A stretch of 63,998 bases of DNA, the filler included, from Dirinaria sp. TL-2023a (Eukaryota): assembly GCA_051941275.1 (NCBI GenBank). It is 3 parts of 3 records of this genome, joined end to end, with 100 filler letters (N's around TTAATTAATTAA, not from the genome) between each part and the next. Parts side by side here need not be neighbours in the genome. Positions count along the whole stretch, not along the records: positions 44,500 to 63,998 come from JAVEBF010000331.1; 2 more parts are not named here. One strand, written 5' to 3'. The position numbers were made by a program, and so were the translations under genes. Shown here piece after piece: positions 58,993 to 63,998 of this stretch. The notes beneath the pieces are model-generated. The model ran no database searches and was not told the DNA's origin. It saw nothing but the letters and a program-made list of their open reading frames with translations. Position 1 is the first letter of the stretch. The number at the start of each line of letters is the position of its first letter.

Positions 58993-61900
58993 GCCCATTC
59001 GAGTATTGCTTCCGTAGAGGCAATGAATGATTTACAATTTTCACATTCAAGATCCCGAAACTGATCATATAATCGACAAGATAGGGGCTATTGCAGCTCG
59101 AGAGGATCCAGGTGAGGAGCTCGGCGCAGCAACGTGGATCGCACCCCAAATGGTGCCTTGTAAGATTATACCGCAGGCTGTTCAGCTCTGGCGAATATTA
59201 GATGACTCATCACCGTCTTACGTGGAGAAGGTCATCCACAGTCGTCCATTGGAGAGAGGCGTATGGGTCCAGCCAGGGTCCCACAGTCGCATATAAGATT
59301 CGTAGGGCACCGCTGGACAGGCAGAGAATCGTCATCCATACTGACGGTATTTAAGCCCTGCCATCAGGCTCATAGCAGCAGCGTGTTCAAGACTCTTGTC
59401 GCGGGTTTGGCTCGCCGATCATGCCATCAGGATATTGGCTGCAAGAATAATTCAGAAGCCGCAAACTTTCGGATGAGTGTCTGATGGCTTCATCTACTTC
59501 AGAGCTGATAGAGTTATGATATTTGCGAAGATGTCAAAATTGAAAACCTCAACAATTTTTCTCTACACCGCTCTAAATTCCCAGATATAAGTATATATTG
59601 AAAGCGTAAGATAAAGTGTTCAACAGTTTTCCAGACTCTTGACGATATAATTCGCTGCATTGTAAAAAGTCGATAGATAATACCTACCTTACCTTAAGGT
59701 AAAGCGGTGAAGGTCTGTATGGAAAGCCACAGCCTTATGGCTCTGTGGCCCACCCGAACTCTGGAGCCAGTAACGCGCGAATCGGTGTCTTCACATGTTC
59801 ATTGGCTGTATTCCGCACATTTGATGGGACAATTTCGATATTCGAAGCTGGGATGGCACGACAACATAATGGAAAATGCCTTCGGTACTTCACCTAAATG
59901 GACGATGATCAGAGGTCCCCCTGTGAACCCTTCATACCTAGTACCTCGTCTTAGGCGCATTACATTATGGTCAGTAGCACAGCGTTATGAGCGAAAGTAT
60001 AGCTGACGTGATGACAATCTATGGTAGTAGCCAGGGTGACTCGGCCGAGTCGCATGGATTGTGCTCGTTGGCTGGTTGGATGAAGCCCAATGTGCGTGAA
60101 TGTGATGGGCTTCCAGTCTTAAAGGACGTCTTTCAGCGACACGATCAGGCCCGTTGGACTAACATATCGAGAGCTAGGAAAGACTGGATACACGTCTGTT
60201 ATGCTCTACGTCAATCATATTTCCACAACAAAGACTCACTATTGAAGTCAGCTAATGCTGTAGAAGGATAGTCAACCTCGTGTTAATCTTGTTGGAACCT
60301 CCAAACATCCATCGAACACAATCATGTTACTACAGGCGTACTTTTTCTACGCTTGTGTCGTCCATTTCCCAGTACTCCCATTGCCTTTGCAATGAACGGA
60401 GATAGGATAGACTAGCGACTACTATATATTCTCTCGACGACCTCCATACACGGGACGATGAAAACAATACTAGTGTTGCTCCATCGAAAGACGTGGCTGA
60501 CTGGCGCTAGAATTACCCGGATTCAAAGCCCTAGAGAATCCCTAGCCGTCGCTGCCGCCCAACAATCGAGCCACAAGTAGTAATGACTGTGTGGTCTCTT
60601 GGAAAAGTCAAATCCCCTTCTGATCGAATGGGATGCACAAAGTCTTCGAACTCCGTTCGGCTATATCGGTGCCAGATGCACGGACTTTCACTTGGGCTTT
60701 CTAGGAGCAGTATGTTTGTCTGAGTATAGTCGTTGAAGTTGTCTGGCTCTGCAATCCGTATGTGAATAAACGTGGAAGAGACCTTGGTATCGAAGGAGTT
60801 TCATAGTGTGAACCATCTCTTCTTGGCGAGGAATTGTGTCTTTCATCATCTTGCTCGTACGATACTTCTGGGGTGGGTTGAATCCTTGTAGCTCGCGACA
60901 GGTGATGTTTGTATCACCGGCAGCTCATTATGATGTCTCCGTTACCTTACCGGGAGACAATATTTCTTTTTCAACTGGCGACACGGGTTGAATGAATGCG
61001 CTGTGATGTGTGCTACAAGAACGTAGCCCACCTTGCGATGGCGTATAGCGTGAGGTGACCCTTCGCGGTTCTAATGTCCTGCTTTTCGTTTGCAAGAGGG
61101 AGTTTGGATGTGCAGGGTTGTGTCCATCAATATGTTGGGCATAGAATTGCATCTTTTGATAGTAAGTCATCGCTTCAACAAAGGAACAAGCAACAGGACG
61201 CCACCCGGCCAGTGGAGTATGCGAAGCAACAGAACGTTCGTATGAAATAGTAAGGGTACCTTACCGCTCGGCCGATTCAGTGTATCGATGAGGTAGTCCG
61301 TATCATAACAGCTTCCCTGGCCGTCTGAGCTTCAAGCTTGTTTTATAATATGCCTCATTCGAACTCAGCGTACTAATAACATATGAGCAAACAGGGAGGT
61401 AAAACGTGACGAGCAGTAGTTCGAGCAGTAGAAGCGTGGCCCAGTTACGGAAAATCTTCCTTAGATTTTTTTTTATTTGCATTAGCCATTCATACTATTA
61501 CAAAGGCATAATCCAAGTGTCAACCTTGCCATGCTTCTGGACAAGCTTCGTTCTATTCTGCCTCATCATCCAGTATTGCCTATTTTGCAATCTTATCAAA
61601 CGAGGCATTGGGCTAGGACGTTGATGATGTGTAGTGCGGCATTCCACAAGCGGTACGACAGACATAAAGTAGTGTGAGCGACAGGGTGGCCGCTCTGAAC
61701 AAGTATGAGTGTCAGGGTGGAAGAGATCTTTGCTTGCGATTGAATAGTTAGTGTATGTGGTACGTAAAAGTTCGGGCATTACAGTTTGGATGGCGACAGT
61801 ATTCGCAGGCTGTGGGAAGCTCAACTAGAGTTATATGCAACCTGCTAGGAGGCAAGGTTGAGAGGCTCTTCCAGTATCGAGCATAAAGTGACTGGAGATG

Positions 61901-63998
61901 TGAATATCGATTTTTGATAGTAAAATTACTAAAGGGCCGTATTAGCACGAGCAAAATGCTTACGGTAGTACCCAAAAGAAAGCCTTCAGCTCAGAACACG
62001 GCATCGTGTTCTCACTCAAAAGCGCAGAATTGGTCATCACTCTCAAGTTTCTATTTAGCTGCTTGGCATGAAGAACCTTTAGAAACTCTTTGTGAATGCA
62101 TCCATAATCATAGCGCTCGAACCGCAAGCTGCATCGCTCCCTAGGATTTGATTTGGATGCTTCGCCACAACGAAAGCATATACAGATAGAGCTGCGCTTA
62201 AGATGCTGCTAGCTGATGGACGTCTAAAAGATTTAGAATATGTTGACTGGACTCGTCTTCGAAAGCATTGCTACCGGTTCGTATAGTTCCGAGGTGAGGC
62301 AGGGCAACGCATCTGGGCAAGCACTGGCTTACGGAAAGATCGCATATGGACTACCTGCATTTGTTGATCCTTCAGTTTAGAAGGGTATGAAGAAGAAAGG
62401 TCTCGCGATATCGAAAGCTCTACCGTCCGGCCGGCACTCGTGGCAAATGGACGGTTCGCGCAAAAGCACTGCCCCGTGTTGAAGTCCATGGAAAAGTACA
62501 GGCGCATTCCTTTGTGAACACGGCGTGCTCGGGCATGTGTGTCGGACAAAACATTTCGAAAGATCGTCAACCCCTTGACGCTGTAGCACCCAATGGTAAA
62601 CTTCCGGCTGCAAAAGATAGGCTTTCAAGCGTGGGGAAGCCTGTTGATAAACTGAACTCTCTGAAGATCCCTCTCAGTCTCCGGAAGCAGATGGCCACAT
62701 CATTCTGTATTAGGTAAATCGGTCGATATCAAGCGCCACATTAAGCGATCTCAGGTGGTTCAGACGAGTGGACTTGACGCTCGCAAGACGAGCGCGGGAA
62801 GTCAAGGAAGCGAAGACATGCATTAATTACAGACCACTGCTCAGCCATAACACCTACTTTAGTACGTAGGTAGGTAGATAGTACCTACGGAGCTAGGAGA
62901 AGTAACCCTAAGGTAGGTACTCGAGTGGTTATGCACATAGTATTTTACTATGCTCAAAGCTACGGGGCAAGGCGGCGGTGCTTCAGCAATAGGGATACGA
63001 GAAGCGGGAAGTCGTGTAAGAGCGCCAATAGAAAACAAGCCGGCTCCAAATGGGCCGGAGGCTGGAGTCAAGGAAAGCCCAGGGCTGTGGCAAGCTTCTA
63101 GTCAGCTTCCCAGGAGCGAATAATGAGGCGTTCAAGCGATCGGAGATTATTTGCAGGCGCTGGTGCCTGATGACTGATGTACCGTGTGTAGCGTGTGTCT
63201 GACGTTGGCAACGTGCTCGAGGTTCTGTAAGGTATGAGCGTTCCGTGCTGTCAATAATTCAGCAGTGACATTGGTGGGCTATTTGGAAACGTCGTTTCCG
63301 CAAAGACGAGAAGCCCCAAGACGGCAGGCTTTGTGCAACACACCACGACGAGAGAACGTGGGATTGACGACTGACTGCTTCGAAAGAAGCGTCTGTTTGG
63401 TCGACACGCAATCTATGATCTGCTCCCGGCGCAATGCGTGCGAGGTAGTACATCCCAGATAGCCGACTGTGTTCGATTCGCGACAAACCCGATGGAAGCT
63501 TTGGTAGACGAGAATGTTAGGCACTGGGTCGCTACAAAGGACGCTTCCGTCGGGCAGGCCGAGTAGATTGCAGCTCGCCGCCACGCCCGAGGAGAGCCGG
63601 GGGCAAGATGATGATTGATGTCTCTACTGATAATTATTAATCGATGGCAACGTGGGTTGCCGACCACTCCGCTCCTTTTTCGAGCAAGCACGATTTTTTT
63701 GGGTTTGTTTTTCGTTTTTTCGTTTTCTTTTTTACTGTCTCAAAATTCCAGTGGCCAGCAGGCATTTGCGGTAAGCAGACGCTGGATTGGATCATGGGAT
63801 GCAGCACAGGACAGGGTGTGTAACGTGGAAGTAATAGTGCATCGGCAGTCGTCATGCTGGCGCTCCAAAGGAGAACAGTGGATTGCGTGTTGGAAGCGCG
63901 TCGATAGGCTCGCCGTCTGTGCGAGAAACCCAAGTTGCGTCAATAATGTCCAGATTGGGGTGGCTTTCCCCGTGATTTGATTTGGCTGTATGTAAGTG

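Overview
Gene-dense nuclear DNA of a filamentous ascomycete (Pezizomycotina: short GT-AG introns with CTRAY branch points). A lichen-forming Lecanoromycete is my impression only. Two N-gaps carrying an artificial TTAATTAATTAA linker (22172-22271, 44400-44499) split it into three segments. It holds about 23 protein genes, mostly housekeeping: MSH3, BET2, a RhoGAP, RRS1, RSM23/DAP3, PFS2, an MBOAT acyltransferase, AVO1/SIN1, a PRCC-domain protein, CDC37, CLC1, RIO1, ATG17, sconB/MET30, TFB1, KGD1, a Uds1-domain coiled-coil protein, a frameshifted PTH11-like receptor and several unknowns. The most striking signal is a LINE-like ORF1 remnant (43485-44399). Its last 631 nt contain no CC or GG dinucleotide, while CpA, TpG and CpG are abundant, and all five in-frame stops are TGA. 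This points to a RIP-like genome defence acting as CpC->TpC instead of the canonical CpA->TpA. Second is a Pol III-type, tRNA-like structured RNA candidate at 36050-36205 (-) that matches no tRNA I recognise. Gene calls come from recognised motifs and hand-read splice sites; no database search was run.
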